This document shows, in pieces, positions 13,605 to 26,169 of a stretch of DNA of 64,000 bases. The notes below the pieces were generated by a model. That model saw only the letters and a list, made by a program, of their open reading frames with translations, was not told where the DNA came from and searched no databases. Source of the DNA: Mobula hypostoma (taxonomy: Eukaryota); contig NC_086097.1 in NCBI RefSeq assembly GCF_963921235.1, positions 174,966,001 through 175,030,000 of the forward strand, in the 5' to 3' direction. The position numbers and the translations under genes were made by a program. Position 1 is the stretch's first letter. The number at the start of each line of letters is the position of its first letter.

Positions 13605-15850
13605 GAGTGGAAATGGAAACCAGAGGTCTATGAGCTGGTCCTCACCAGGGGATCAGAGGCGGAGAAAGTCAGCAACTTTAAAATCAGAATCAAAATCAGG
13701 TTTATTATCACCAACACGTGACGTAAAAATTGTTAACTTAGCAGCAGCAGTTCAATGCAATACATAATCTAGCAGAGAAAAAAAAATAAAGCATAATAAT
13801 AAATAAACAAGTAAATCAATTATGTATATTGAATAGATTTTAAAAAGTGCAAAAACAGAAATACTATATATTTAAAAAAAAGTGAAGTAGTGTTCAAAGC
13901 TTCAATGTCCATTTAGGAATCAGATGGCAGAGGGGAAGAAGCTGTTCCTGAATTGCTGACTGTGTGCCTTCAGGTTTCTGGACCTCCTACCTGATGGTAA
14001 CAATGAGAAAAGGGCATGCCCTGGGTACTGGAGGTCCTTAATGAGCGCTGCCTTTCTGAGACTTTGTGGTACCTGGGTACTTTGTAGGCTAGTGACCAAG
14101 ATGGAGCAGAATAGAAATTTATAACTTCTGCAGCTTCTTTCGGTCCTGTGCAGTAGCCCTTCTATACCAGACAGTGATGCAGCCTGTCAGAACGCTCTCC
14201 ACGGTACAACTATAGAAGTTTTTGAGTGTATTTGTTGACATGCCAAATCTCTTCAAACGCCTAACAAAGTATAGCTGCTGTCTTGCCTTCTTTCTAACTA
14301 CATCGATATGTTGGGACCAGGTTAGATCCTCAGAGATCTTGACACCTAGGAACTTGAAGATGCTCACTCTCTCCACTTCTGATCCCTCTATGAGGATTGG
14401 TATGTGTTCCTTCCTCTTACCCTTCCTGAAGTCCACAATCGGCTCTTTCGTCTTACTGACGTCGAGTGCCAGGTTGTTGCTGTGGCACCATTCCACTAGT
14501 TGCATTATCTCACTCCTGTACGCCCTCTCATCACCACCTGAGGTTCTACCAACAATAGTTATCAGCAAATTTATAGATGGTATTTGAGCTCTGCCTAGCC
14601 ACATAGTCCTATATAGAGAGTAGAACAGTGGGCTAAGCACACACCCGAGGTGCACCAGTGTTGATCGTCAGCTAGGAGGATATGTTATCACCAATCTGCA
14701 CAGATTGTGGTCTTCCAGTTAGGAAGTCGAGGATCCAATTGCAGAGGGAGGTACAGAGGCCCAGGTTCTGCAACTTCTCAATCAAGATTGTGGGAATGAC
14801 GGTATTAAATGCTGAGCTATAGTCAATGAACAGCATCCTGATGTATGTGTTTGTGCTGGTCTAAAGCCATGTGGAGAGCCATTGAGATTGCGTCTGCCGT
14901 TGACCTATTGTGGCGATAGGCAAATTGCAATGGGTCCAGGTCCCTGCTGAGGCAAGAGCTCAGTCTAGTCATGACCAACCACTCAAAGCATTTCATCACT
15001 GTCGATGTGAGCGCTACCGGGTGATAGTCATTAAGGCAGCTCACATTTCACTGTCGATGTGAGTGCTACCGGGCGATAATCATTAAGGCAGCTCACATTA
15101 AATTACTCGGTGTTAGCATTTCAGAGGACCTCTCCTGGGCACAGTGCACAAGTACAGTTATGAAGAGAGCACAGCAGCACCTCTACTCCCTTAGGAGTTT
15201 GCGAAGATTCAGCATGACATTTAAAACATTGACAAACTTCTATAGATGACTGGTGGAGAGTGTATTAACTGGTTTCATCACTGCCTGATATGGAAGCACC
15301 ATTGCCCTTGAATGGGAAGTCCGACAAAAAGTTGTGGGTATGGCTAAGTCCATCATGGGTAAAGCCCTCCTCACCATTGAGCACATCTACATGGAGTGTT
15401 GCTGCAGGAAAACAGAATCCATTATCAGGGATCCTCACCGCCCAGATCATGCTCTATTCTCACTGCTGCCACCAGGAGGGTGGTACAGAAGCCTCAGGAC
15501 TCACAGCACCAGGTTCAGGAAAGGTTAGTACCCCTCAATCATCAGGCTCCTGAACCAGAGGGGATAAGTGAAGATAACTTCACTTGCCCCATCAATGATT
15601 TGTTCCCACGACCCATGGACTCACTTTCAAGGATTGTTGGTCATGGTCTCGACATTTATTGCTAATTAATTGATTTATTTATTATTTCTTCTTTCCCTCT
15701 TTCTTTTTGTATTTGCACATTGTTGTCTTTCACTGATTCTATTATGATTATTGGATTTATTGAGTATGCCCACAAGAAAATGGATTTCAGGGTTGTACAG
15801 TATATAGTGACATACATATACTTTGATAATAAATTTACTTTGAACTTTGA
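13605..15850 (+). mobile_element. Older Rex1-like LINE 3' fragment (host of the 13683-15097 insertion)
   Basis: The RT-tail sequence (gatcagaggcggagaaagtcagcaactttaaa | ttactcggtgttagcatttcagagg) is split by the insertion. It ends aataaatttactttgaactttga. Confidence 0.75.
13683..15097 (-). mobile_element. 5'-truncated Rex1-like LINE (same family as 851-4530) inserted into a plus-strand LINE fragment
   Basis: Closely similar to 851-2100. Flanked by ttaaa at 13678-13682 and 15098-15102. A tandem duplication of about 52 bp sits at the truncation end (about 14995-15097). Confidence 0.88.
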
Positions 15851-16699
15851 GTGGACTGCCCTAAGATGGACCTTCAAAGGACCCTATAACCACCTTCAGA
15901 GATGTAACTGCTTTGATTCTCAGGACTTGAAATCCTTAAGGTTAATGGTTAAACGATCATACTAAAATTTGAGTGGGCAGAAGTGGGGCTTAATTACAGT
16001 ATGGCCAGATTAAAAATCACTGCTAAGGAACAGTGAATTTATTTTATAGGACAGAATTAGTCAATTTTGATAATAGTGGGATAGAAATGCCACTGTGCAG
16101 CTGTTGGCAATGTACAGTAAAAAGGTCAGTGCACATTTTTACCAAAGTTTACACTACTGGAAATGACGACTGGAATTCATTACATGATTCTTACTGATTA
16201 TGATGTGAATCATCAATGCTAGAAATTTATAATAAACGCAGAAAATGCTGGAAATGCTCAGAAAGTCAGGTCAGGTCTGTGAGAAGACCTATAACATTAA
16301 CTCTTTTTCTTCTCACAATTGCTGGAAGATCAGCTAAGTATTTCCAGTATTCTTGTACTTATGTGAATAATGTTTTGACTTCTTTGGTCAGTGAGTTTCT
16401 TTCTCATGAACACTATTAGTGCCAGAAGTAGAAATTAGTCTTTGAAAGGCATTGCACAGGAATTTGGCCCTCAGGACAGGACTGTCCTCATGGAATATTT
16501 TCCAAATGTTATCTATACAATAGGGCTACCTTATATTCTACAATTCATACAATTCAAAATATTCATGGAAATACTTTAAGTAGACATCTCCATTTCATAT
16601 TTGAGTGACAAGTAAACAGGTGGCTAAAGCTGCAAGGACGCATTTGCCTATTTTCTAATTACATAGGTGGATATTTGACCCACTAAACACACACCACCT

Positions 16700-17320
16700 T
16701 TCAGAGCAATCTCATCAACTCACTCACCATCTATTTCCTTGTAATTCTCTCTTACATGTTAATTAACTACCCACTGATTACCCCACCACTCACCTCTACT
16801 AGGGATAACTTAGAGTAATCAATTAACCTACCAACTAGCAGGTCTTTGGATATGGGAGGAATTTGGGGCACCAAGGGGGTCAAGGAACATAAGACTGTAA
16901 GACACAGGAGCAGAATTAGGCCACCTTGCCCATCGAGTCTGCTCCGCCATTCAATCATGGCTGATCCTTTTTTCTATCTCTTCCTCAACCCCAGTTCCTG
17001 GCCTTCTCCCCATAACCTTTGATGACGTGTCCAATCAAGAACCTATCAATCTCTGCCTTAAATACATCCAAGGACCTGGCCTCCACAGGTGCATGTGGCA
17101 ACAAATTCCACAAATTCACTACCAACTGGCTAAAAAAATTTCTACATCTCTGTTTTGAAGGGGCGCCTCTCTATCCTGAGGCTCTGCCCTCTTGTCCTAT
17201 CTCCCACCATGGGAAACATCCTTTCCACATCTACTCTGATGCAGACAGCACTGGAGGTCAGCATTGACCACGGGTCACATAAGCTGTGAGATGTCACTCC
17301 AACTTGCTGCATTGCTGTGC
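16700..17320 (-). mobile_element. Degenerate V-SINE-like element interrupted by a CR1 3' fragment (about 16886-17235, minus)
   Basis: V-domain-like text (ctagggataactt...aattaacctacc...gtctttggatatgggagga). The insert is the reverse complement of the CR1 3' end at about 45960-46305. Confidence 0.55.
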
Positions 17321-17714
17321 CACACACTGGAGCAAGTGGTAGCAATACAAACTGGTTTCTGGGACTAACATCATGAAATGAAAGTTAATCTCACAAAAAT
17401 TAGGTAGTTATTACTTTAAACAAATAATTAATCAATTAAACAAACTACATTTGAGATGATATGGGATAAGTTATTACCACCCTTAGTTAAATGCACAGAT
17501 CAGGATACCGGATGCATCTCTAAAAAAAATGACAGAGTTACCATAGGAATGCATGATATCCAAGCCACAAATGAATGGCAATATGCATAGGAAATGACCA
17601 ATCAGGGAAATGAAGCTACAAATTGAACATGCAAATATAATGATGCTCTGCCTTAGTTCTTCATACCCCAATGTATCTTTAATGACAAGGTAACTAAATG
17701 ACTCAAAGACTTAC

Positions 17715-17808
17715 TTCCATGACAACAGCAGGTTGCAAAACTTCAGCTATCACAGAATGAGATAGGGGTCCAATCAGTCGATACCTCAGAATTTCCATTG
17801 TCAGATCT
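17715..17808 (-). CDS. POP1: POP1 exon 9: (E)DLTMEILRYRLIGPLSHSVIAEVLQPAVVME
   Basis: Translated by hand (not in the ORF track). DLTME..RLIGPLSHS motif, ttttcag acceptor, gtaagt donor, 94 nt, phase 2-0. Confidence 0.93.
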
Positions 17809-19622
17809 CTGAAAAATAATCCCGCAGATTCTCCATTAAACAGGACAAATCAGACCAGAAACTGATATTGATGCTGTAAAGCTCACCTTCCACAATAAAA
17901 CTATCATTTATGAGAGAGAAGTAAAGGATAGATAGCTGAGGAAGTCAAGCATCCATATGCCTTTTCACTACCCTCTCTACCCATACAACTGCTTTGAGGG
18001 ATCTACGGATTTATATATTCCAAGCACTATTTGGTCATCCACACTCTCAAGGGTCCTGCCCTTATTTGTTCTTCCAAAGTGTAGGAGTAGAAACAAAAAC
18101 CTTTACACAGTACTACCTTACTTTTGTTAAAATATTAGAGCAGTTGACAGCATCAAAAGATTCCATTTCCAATTATCAACAGCTCAACAGACTTTTGGCA
18201 CTAATGACAAACTTTGGGGAACCAAATGGCAAAGTGGATTGATATACTATACAGTCAACGAATATTTCTGGATTTCAATATACCTAGGCTGTTTCACTAT
18301 ACTGTCACACATCTACATTTCTTTAAATAATCATATTAGGACATTTTTACTCGATAAAACACTAAGCAAGTTTTCATCACTGGATATTGCTTCCATTCAA
18401 CTTTCAACCAATTAAAATGGCAGCCATTAATGTATAACAATGGAGTCATTCAAGAAATAATGGTTTGATCTGACAGAAAAATGTAGTACCAATTTTCAGA
18501 GCCTAGCTTTTATTAAAACCACACTAGCACTCTCATGGAAAGTTAATTATCTCATAAGATTTTTAGAAATTATCTTATTCTGTTCACGTGTGAATTGACT
18601 GGTTTGGAGTTTGAGTTCAGCCTGCTAAACTCAGCAGTATTATTTTGCTTTTATAATTATGGCTTGAATTTCTCAATTTTAATGCACAACCTCCCTACCA
18701 AAAAAAAATTCCTAAGTGCCTCCATAGAAAAGCATTTTACTGTGCTGGCAATAAATATCCAGTCATTCAGAATTAACATTTTTTAATAAGCACAATGCCT
18801 GTAGTTTTCAGAATTATTGTAGTGACTACTACGTAATTAACTTGTGAAGTGAAAAGCAAAATACTGTAGACACTAGAAATCCAAAATTAAAGCACAGTGC
18901 TGGAAATACATAATAGGTTAGGTCTTAAATGAGAAATGTCAAAAAGGAAGAGTAACTTAAACTGCAGAGAGAAAGTGGGAAGGACAGAATGTACTTTGAT
19001 TGTATGGAGTCTTCGACGCCCAGGATCACAAGAGGCTGCAGAGGGTGACAGACCGTCATGGGCACAACCCTCCAGCCATTGAGGATGTCTTCAAGAGGTG
19101 GTACCTCAAGAAGATGACATCCATCACCAAGGACTCTCACTATCTAGGACATGCTCTCTTCTCATTATAACCATCAGGAAAGAGGTACAGGAAACTGAAG
19201 ACTTACACTCAGCAATTACCCTGTTATCCTTTTTTGTACTATTTTTGTAATTTATAGTAATTTTGTATTTTCAATATACTGCTGCTGAAACACAACAAAT
19301 TCCACATCATAAACCAGTGAAAATAAAATCATAATCAGATTTATTAATGCTGAAAATACCCAACTTCGAACTAATTTACTGAAAAAAAGGAAAACCCTTC
19401 TGAATAACAAAATGATGAATTATAAAAGCTACATTCCAACCCTAATTTTAATCGCTCCTCAAGAAGTAGATAAGCAGAAAAAAAAGTCACAGTAATTCAA
19501 AATAGGGAACCAGAAAAATAGTACACCTAGCAATAAGTAGTCAGCAGTGGCCAGTTCCGGTAACATCCATGATACTACCCTTTCACATTTAAGCTAACAC
19601 AAAGGTTTCTGCACATACTCAC

Positions 19623-19852
19623 TCTATTATAATGCCAGTAGTTAATGATGTCCAAGACACCGGTGTCAAGGGATCTCTGGTACTATTGCCTATTACTTTT
19701 TTCTTGGGTATGACCTCCTCTCCGTGTTTATCCTGCAGCTTTCTTTTCAAACCAGCTCCCTGCCGTGTTGAAGTGCTGTGTTCACTAGGATCTGGTTCAG
19801 GTAAAGAACCATCTAAACATTGGCAGGCCAACTGAAGCTCAGTTAATATATC
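19623..19852 (-). CDS. POP1: POP1 exon 8: DILTELQLACQC...KRKLQD...KKKVIGNSTRDPLTPVSWTSLTTGIII(E)
   Basis: DIL..ACQC start and IG..TRDP..SW.S.TTGIII end. tag acceptor, gtgagt donor, 230 nt, phase 0-2. Confidence 0.93.
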
Positions 19853-20613
19853 CTAATAAAAAATACAAAATACGATAAGAAATGCATACTGTGGACTCAA
19901 CAATTATGTTCACATCCACAAAGTTACCACTTCACAAAATGAGATTTGAGATTCATGAGAATCATTCCTGGTTACAAGGAGAATCAAGACAAATCTTTCA
20001 GTGGAAAATCAAAACAAAAATGCTGGAAAGCTACTGAATCTGAGAGTCTCCTACCTGAAATGTTGCCTCTGTTTCACTTCCCACAGACACAACCTCAACT
20101 ACTGAATATTTTCAGCACCTTTTTGTTTTAGATTTAAACCACAAGTTTCATCCCTTGTCCCAAGCCCCTACTCTACTCACTTTACACCTATGACTGTGAG
20201 GCTAAGTACAGCTCCAACACCATATACAAGTTTGCTGATGACACCACTGCTATGGGCTGTATCAAAGGGGGTGATGAATCAGCATACAGGAGGGAGATGG
20301 AAAATTTGTCTGAGTGGTGTAATAACGGCAACCTCTCACTCAATGTCAGTAAGACCAAGGAACTGATTGTAGGCTTCGGGAGAAGGAAACCAGAGGTCCA
20401 TGAGCCAGTAAGCATTGGAGGATCAGAGGATCAGTAACTTTGAATTCCTGCATGTCACTATCTCAAAGAAAGCACAACAGCACCTCTGAGTCTGTGGGAC
20501 TGTGGCACCTCTGGAGTCTGTGGAGATTCGGCATGTCATTAAAATCCCTGGCAAATTTTTGTAGATGTGTGGTGGAAAGTGTGCTAACTGCATTACAGCC
20601 TGATATAGGAACA

Positions 20614-21142
20614 TTGGGTTGCCAACTGTCCCGTATTAGCCAGGACATCCCGTATATTGGGCTAAATTGGTTTGTCCCATACAGGACCGCCCTTGTCCCA
20701 TATTTCCCCCGGCTAAGGTAGAGCGTTCCTATGAAACCGTTCGTAAGCTGAAATGGCGTAAAGCGAAGCAATTACCATTAATTTATATGGGAAAAATTTT
20801 TGCGCGTTCCCAGACCCAAAAAATAACCTACCAAATCATACCAAATAACACAAAACCTAAAATAACACTGACATATAGTAAAAGCAGGAATGATATGATA
20901 AATACACAGCCTATATAAAGTAGAAATAATGTATGTACAGTGTATCAGAATCGGGAAGATTAAGCCAAAACTGATTTGTAGAAGAAAAAAAATCAGCACG
21001 TACGCGCACATCATGCACGCACACACAGGTGCCCGCACAAGGCTTCATGGTCATGGTAGTCTTTCTCGGGGTAAACACAAGTGACCCATATTTGACTGCT
21101 ACTTTTGTCCCCTATTTGGGAGTGAGGAAGTTGGCAACCCTA
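20614..21142 (+). mobile_element. hAT-type MITE, copy A
   Basis: TIR t(t/a)gggttgccaact ... agttggcaacccta. Duplicated flank ataggaaca at 20605-20613 and 21143-21151 (8-9 bp TSD). Confidence 0.85.
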
Positions 21143-21381
21143 ATAGGAACACCAATGCCTTTGAGCAAAAAATCTTACTAAAGGTAGTGGATTCAGCCCG
21201 GTACATCATGGGTTAAACCCTCCCAAATATTGAGCACATTTACATGAAACATTGTAGAAAAGAAGCATCTATCATCAATGATCCTCACTATCCAGGCAAT
21301 GCTCTTTTCTCACTGCTGCCATCAGGTAGAAGGTACAAGTGCCTCAGGACTCACACCACCAGGTTCAAGAACAGTTGCTGC

Positions 21382-21897
21382 TAGGGTTGCCAACTTTCTC
21401 ACTCACAAATAAGGGACAAAAGTAGCAGTCATATACGGGACATTTGTGTTTACCTCGAGAAAGACTACCACGACCATGAAGCCTTGTGCGGGCACCTGTG
21501 TGCGCATGCGTGTAGTGCCGATTTTTTTCCTACAAATCGGTTTGGCTTAATCTTCCCAATTCTGATACACTGTACATACATTATTTCTACTTTATATAGG
21601 CTGTGTACTTATCATATCATTCCTGCTTTTACTATATGTTAGTGTTATTTTAGGTTTTATGTGTTATTTGATATGATTTGGTAGGTTTTTTTTGGGTCTG
21701 GGAACGCGGAAAAATTTTTCCCATATGAATTAATGGTAATTGCTTCTTCGCTTCACGCTATTTCGGCATGAAAGGTTTCATAGGAACGCTCTACCTTAAC
21801 GGGGAAAATACGGGACAAGGGCAGTCCTGTATGGGACAAACCAATTTTGCCCAATATACTGGATGTCCCGGCAAACACGGGACAGTTGGCAACCCTA
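21382..21897 (-). mobile_element. hAT-type MITE, copy B (inverted relative to copy A)
   Basis: TIR tagggttgccaact ... agttggcaacccta. Perfect 8-bp TSD gttgctgc at 21374-21381 and 21898-21905. Confidence 0.9.
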
Positions 21898-23058
21898 GTT
21901 GCTGCCCCTCAACCATCAGGATCTTGAACAAGGGGATAACTACACTAAGTTAAGGACTCTTATCTTGTTATTTCATGCTCATTATTTATTGTTATTTATT
22001 TATTACCTGCATTTGCACAGTTTGTTTACAGTTCCTGATGTTTACAGATACTGTTTACAGTTACTGTTCTATAGATTTGCTAAGAATACCTGCAAAAAAC
22101 AATCTCAGGTGGTGTGGTGACATGTATGTACTCTGATAATAAATTTTACTTTGAACTTTAACACTTAGTTCTTTAAACTTTCTACCCGCGTAAATGTTTT
22201 TTTTCCCTGTCTTGGTTGATTTGCTCTTGAAAAGACAATGTGCCACAGTGATTAACACAGCTCTATTTCATTGATGTAATCGTTTACATTATAGAGAATG
22301 ACTTGAACTTGTGACTTTCCAACTGCTTCTACTGAGTCAAGGTGCTATTACAAGGCCATTCACAACTTGTACCAGAAATAGTTACAAGTGCAAGTATAAG
22401 ACAATAAATAACAAGTATTGCCCGTTTAGTTCCTCACAATAGCTCCATCATTCATTAAAATCACAGCTAACATTTTATTTTAAATGTTATCTTCCTGCAT
22501 CAATCCCACATCTTGCATTCTATTAAAATCAATCACTATTTGTTCATATTGAGAATTTAAAACAAAAATCACTGGCTAATGAGGCAAAATTTCTTCTCAC
22601 ATCTGCTCCAAGTGTACAATCCTTTACTTTGAAGGCCATGACACATGTTTGCAGACACTCCAGCATCTTGCCTACTCAATACAGAAACAGTCAATGGTGT
22701 GTATGTTTGACAGGAGTTTGTTTTCAGATGTCTTTGTTGAGCTGTCCCCTTGCATACCTATACCTCTTACTATTTTGTACATCCTTCCATCACATTTTCC
22801 TTTAGGTGCTTACCCAGATTATCCTTAAACATGTGTCTGCTATTTATCTCAGCCATACCTTATCTGAAACTAGGTTCACACTGACGGTTTACATCTTTCT
22901 AAGTTTAACCCAAGTCTACATGGATCACTTCCCGGTGATGTGACTTGCTTCCAATAGATAAAACATTCCTAAAGTGCTTTCTAAACATAAGGAGGACAAA
23001 AAGAAAGGATTTTTGAACAAAAATTAACTTTAGAAATATACAGAGGGGATGTTAGTGA

Positions 23059-23921
23059 TGTGACGAGAATACACATAAAATTAAGATGTTTGCTGGTCTG
23101 GGTTAGCATCAGTGACATCAGCAAGTGGTCTGTCACCTGCCCTCAGGGGAAGGAGAGATAAGAAACAATGGAGCAGTGTCTGGAGATGTGTAATGAAGGG
23201 ACGGGGGAGAGAGAGCTGTCTGGAGCGGCTCCCCCCTTTGAACCTTGAACTGTTTGAAGTGATGGACAGGCGATACCCCAGCAGGGGGATAAAAAGGGAC
23301 CGGTTTGCTAAGGCAGCACACACACGCCACCCGAGGTAACGAGACCCTGGAAGTGGTACGCTTCTCACGAGTCGGTGAGAAGTACCAGACAACGGCCAGG
23401 GTGGAAAGGTACTATCAGCGGGAACCCGGTGTGTGTCCGCCCTTGCTTGGGTGCCGGGTTCACTGCAGAGGATCGACCGCATCTGGAGGAGGGGTCACAG
23501 TCGGTGACCTCAGGTGACATCACCAAGGACCCGCCCAAAAGTTGCTTGTGAGCCATCTCGCCGGTCTGTGAGTGAAGCCGTGTCTGAATGATCAGTTGTT
23601 CCTGTTCCCTCTCTCTCTCCCCCCACGTTGTCCATCGCCATGGCAACGATTACTGCGAACTGAACTACTAAACTGGACTGAACTTTGAGTCACTTTGAAA
23701 TTTGGTCATTTACCCCTAGACAACGATAGAGCTTGATTGATGCTGTTATCTTAATTCTGTGCACATGTGTGTTTATCATTGCTGAACTGTTGCATTTATT
23801 ATCCTTTCGATTACTGTGTTGCTTATTTCTTTAATAAAACTTCCTTAGTTCTAGTACTCCAGACTCCAACTGAGTGATCCATTTCTGCTGGTTTGGCAAC
23901 CCAGTTACGGGGTACGTAACA
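23059..23921 (+). mobile_element. Solo LTR (863 bp), probably Gypsy-type, young and CpG-rich
   Basis: TGTGACG...CGTAACA inverted ends. Flanks gtga/ctga (4-bp TSD, one mismatch). TATA-like gataaaaag near 23288 and AATAAA near 23833. Confidence 0.82.
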
Positions 23922-24217
23922 CTGAGAAACGGCAAGGAGGTGGAAAAGCAGAAAAGGGATTCTCAACTAGTCTAAATTGGTCAAACCCCTGCTAAAAGTG
24001 AGCACAAGATCACACACAATCAACAAATTTAAAGCTATGATCTATTCTTACCATTTCCTTCACTCTTATACAGAATAGCCTGCAGCATATAATGCTCTTC
24101 TAAACTATAGCAATTAAGTAAAGTCATGACTGGTTACAACTATATTTTAAAAGTAATTTTATTAGTCACATGTTGCAAATCTCCACCTAATGAAATAACC
24201 AAATAGAAATTAGTTAC

Positions 24218-24405
24218 CATTTTAAGTACTGGATGCGCCCAAATCCACAGCTGCCTGTTTTCAAAGTGGTTTTCAGGTTCTGCTTTGGACCGCCATAAGA
24301 ACGTAATGGGACCCAGTGGCTTCTCAGGATATTGCTCAGCCTTGTAGAGAACCAATGACCCTTGCCGTTTTCCTGACAAACAGTCCACAGAGGCAAATGT
24401 TGTAC
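24218..24405 (-). CDS. POP1: POP1 exon 7: (G)TTFASVDCLSGKRQGSLVLY...PLGPITFLW...RQLWIWAHPVLKM
   Basis: CLSGKRQGSLVLY and RQLWIWxHP motifs. tag acceptor, gtaact donor, 188 nt, phase 1-0. Confidence 0.96.
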
Positions 24406-25293
24406 CTACAGCACCACAAGAATTATCTGGGTTAATGTTCATAAGCCCTTTAAAGGCATGCATAAATGTGCCAAAGCATTATGTACAATAGAGAGGCAAC
24501 ACATAAACATGCTTATTCCTTTCATTATCATGTGCAATTGTCAAATAATCCCAATCATGTGATATTCTAAATGGTAAGTCAAAAAAGCAGAGTTATTTGG
24601 GTAAAACAGGAAATGAAGTATCATTAAGGACCCTCAAATTTAGGACGCAGCCCGTTCACGTTACTCACATTGGGGAGAAAGCATAGGAACTTGAAGAACC
24701 TGAAGACCCGTACTCGACAATTAAGGAACAGCTCCTTCCCCTCCATCAGGTTTCTGAACGTTTCATGAACATTACCTCATTATTCCTTAATTTAGCATTA
24801 TTTACTTTCTAATTCATAAGAATGTTATGTCTTTACACTGTCCTGCTGCCACAAAACAAAATTCACATCATATAAAAACAGTGAAATGTTATTCTGCAAA
24901 CTTGATTCGGATTAATGGAGAGGAGTGGAACTGAAGTTACACAGATGCAGCAAGATACACGGCCAGGTATAAAATTGAGGTCACAAAGGCATTCAGTACA
25001 AATAAACCCATTCATTTAAGGGCATTACACTTTTTACTTTAAGGCAAATGCTTCTGACCAGGGAGGTAGAGCAGTTGGAATGTCGCTCCAAATTTCAGTA
25101 AAAGATGGTACAGACCATTTAACCACCTCGAGTGTACAAGTGAGGGAGAAAGAGAAAATCAAGAAATCAGGCATTGCGAGTAGAGGTGCAGCAATTCAAA
25201 CTATTCATTTCCTTGTAGAGACTTTTTCCCCTCATGATCAGACTAGGTCAAAGGCTTAGGGTGAAAGGTGAAATATTTAAGGGGAATCTAGAA

Positions 25294-26165
25294 CAGTGGT
25301 CCCCAACCACCGGGCCGCAAAGCCATGTGCTACCGGGCCACGAGGAAACGATATGAGACAGCTGCACCTTTCCTCATTCCGTCACGACCACTGTTGAACT
25401 TGAACGCACGCGAGGTCATCAGTGACCCAAGACGTGCAAAGGAATGGGTCCGTGACCCATTTGTGAATGTCCCCGGTGAATCATCCATGTCAGCGTGGGA
25501 AAAAGATCAACTCCTCGATCTTGCAAATGATGGTGGGCTGAAAAGTATGTTTGACATAACATCTCTGCCGGCATTCTGGATCAAAGTCAAGGCTGAATAT
25601 CCCAAGATAGCCACAAAAGCACTGAAAACATTCCTTCCATTTCCAACATCATATCGCTGCGAAGCCGAGTTTTCTGCAATGAATGCAACGAAAACTAAAC
25701 TGCGGAATAGACTGGATATAAGGAACCCCGATCGAGTATCACTGTCTCCCATTACCCCTCGATGGGACTGTCTTGTTGCAGGGAAACAAGCCCAGGGCTC
25801 CCACTGATTCAGCAATATTGGTGTGTTGCAATGATCTTATATGTTCATATGAGGAAAATATGCACTGTATGTTTAATATCCAAACGTTACTTAAAATGTT
25901 ATGATGCTATTGACTTATAAGTGACTTGTCTAATTGACTTATCACTATATTCATGCAAGGAAAATATGTGCTGTGCGTTTAATATTAAATTCATTACATA
26001 AACCCTTTTAGAAACTAAATTGAGTGTATTAGCCACTTATAAGTGACTTATAGTTGACTTATCACCTATATTCCGGTTGTGATTAACACCCCTCCCCGCC
26101 CCCGTCCGTAAGAATATTGTCAATATTAAACCGGTCCGCGGAGCAAAAAAGGATGGGGACCCCTG
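25294..26165 (+). mobile_element. Internally deleted hAT (Buster/Charlie-type) transposon retaining the C-terminal dimerisation-domain coding region
   Basis: cagtggtcccca...tggggacccctg ends. Perfect 8-bp TSD atctagaa with central TA. ORF 25325..25807 reads FWIKVKAEYP.IA.KALK..LPFPTSY.CEA.FS...KTK.RNRL (hAT C-terminus). Confidence 0.93.
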
Positions 26166-26169
26166 ATCT

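Larger units (their letters stand above)
20150..22160 (+). mobile_element. Rex1-like LINE 3' half hosting two MITE insertions
   Basis: IYKFADDTTAMG..GDESAYRREME..WC..LSLNVSKTKEL peptides. Tail aataaattttactttgaacttt. Confidence 0.82.

Noticed and set aside
23081..23646. Cluster of overlapping ORFs of 65-133 aa
   Set aside because: These arise from the GC-rich solo LTR and show no recognisable domain or splice structure.
25325..25807. Domesticated ZBED/Buster-type host gene
   Set aside because: It is bounded by TIRs and a perfect TSD and lacks the catalytic core, so it is a transposon derivative.
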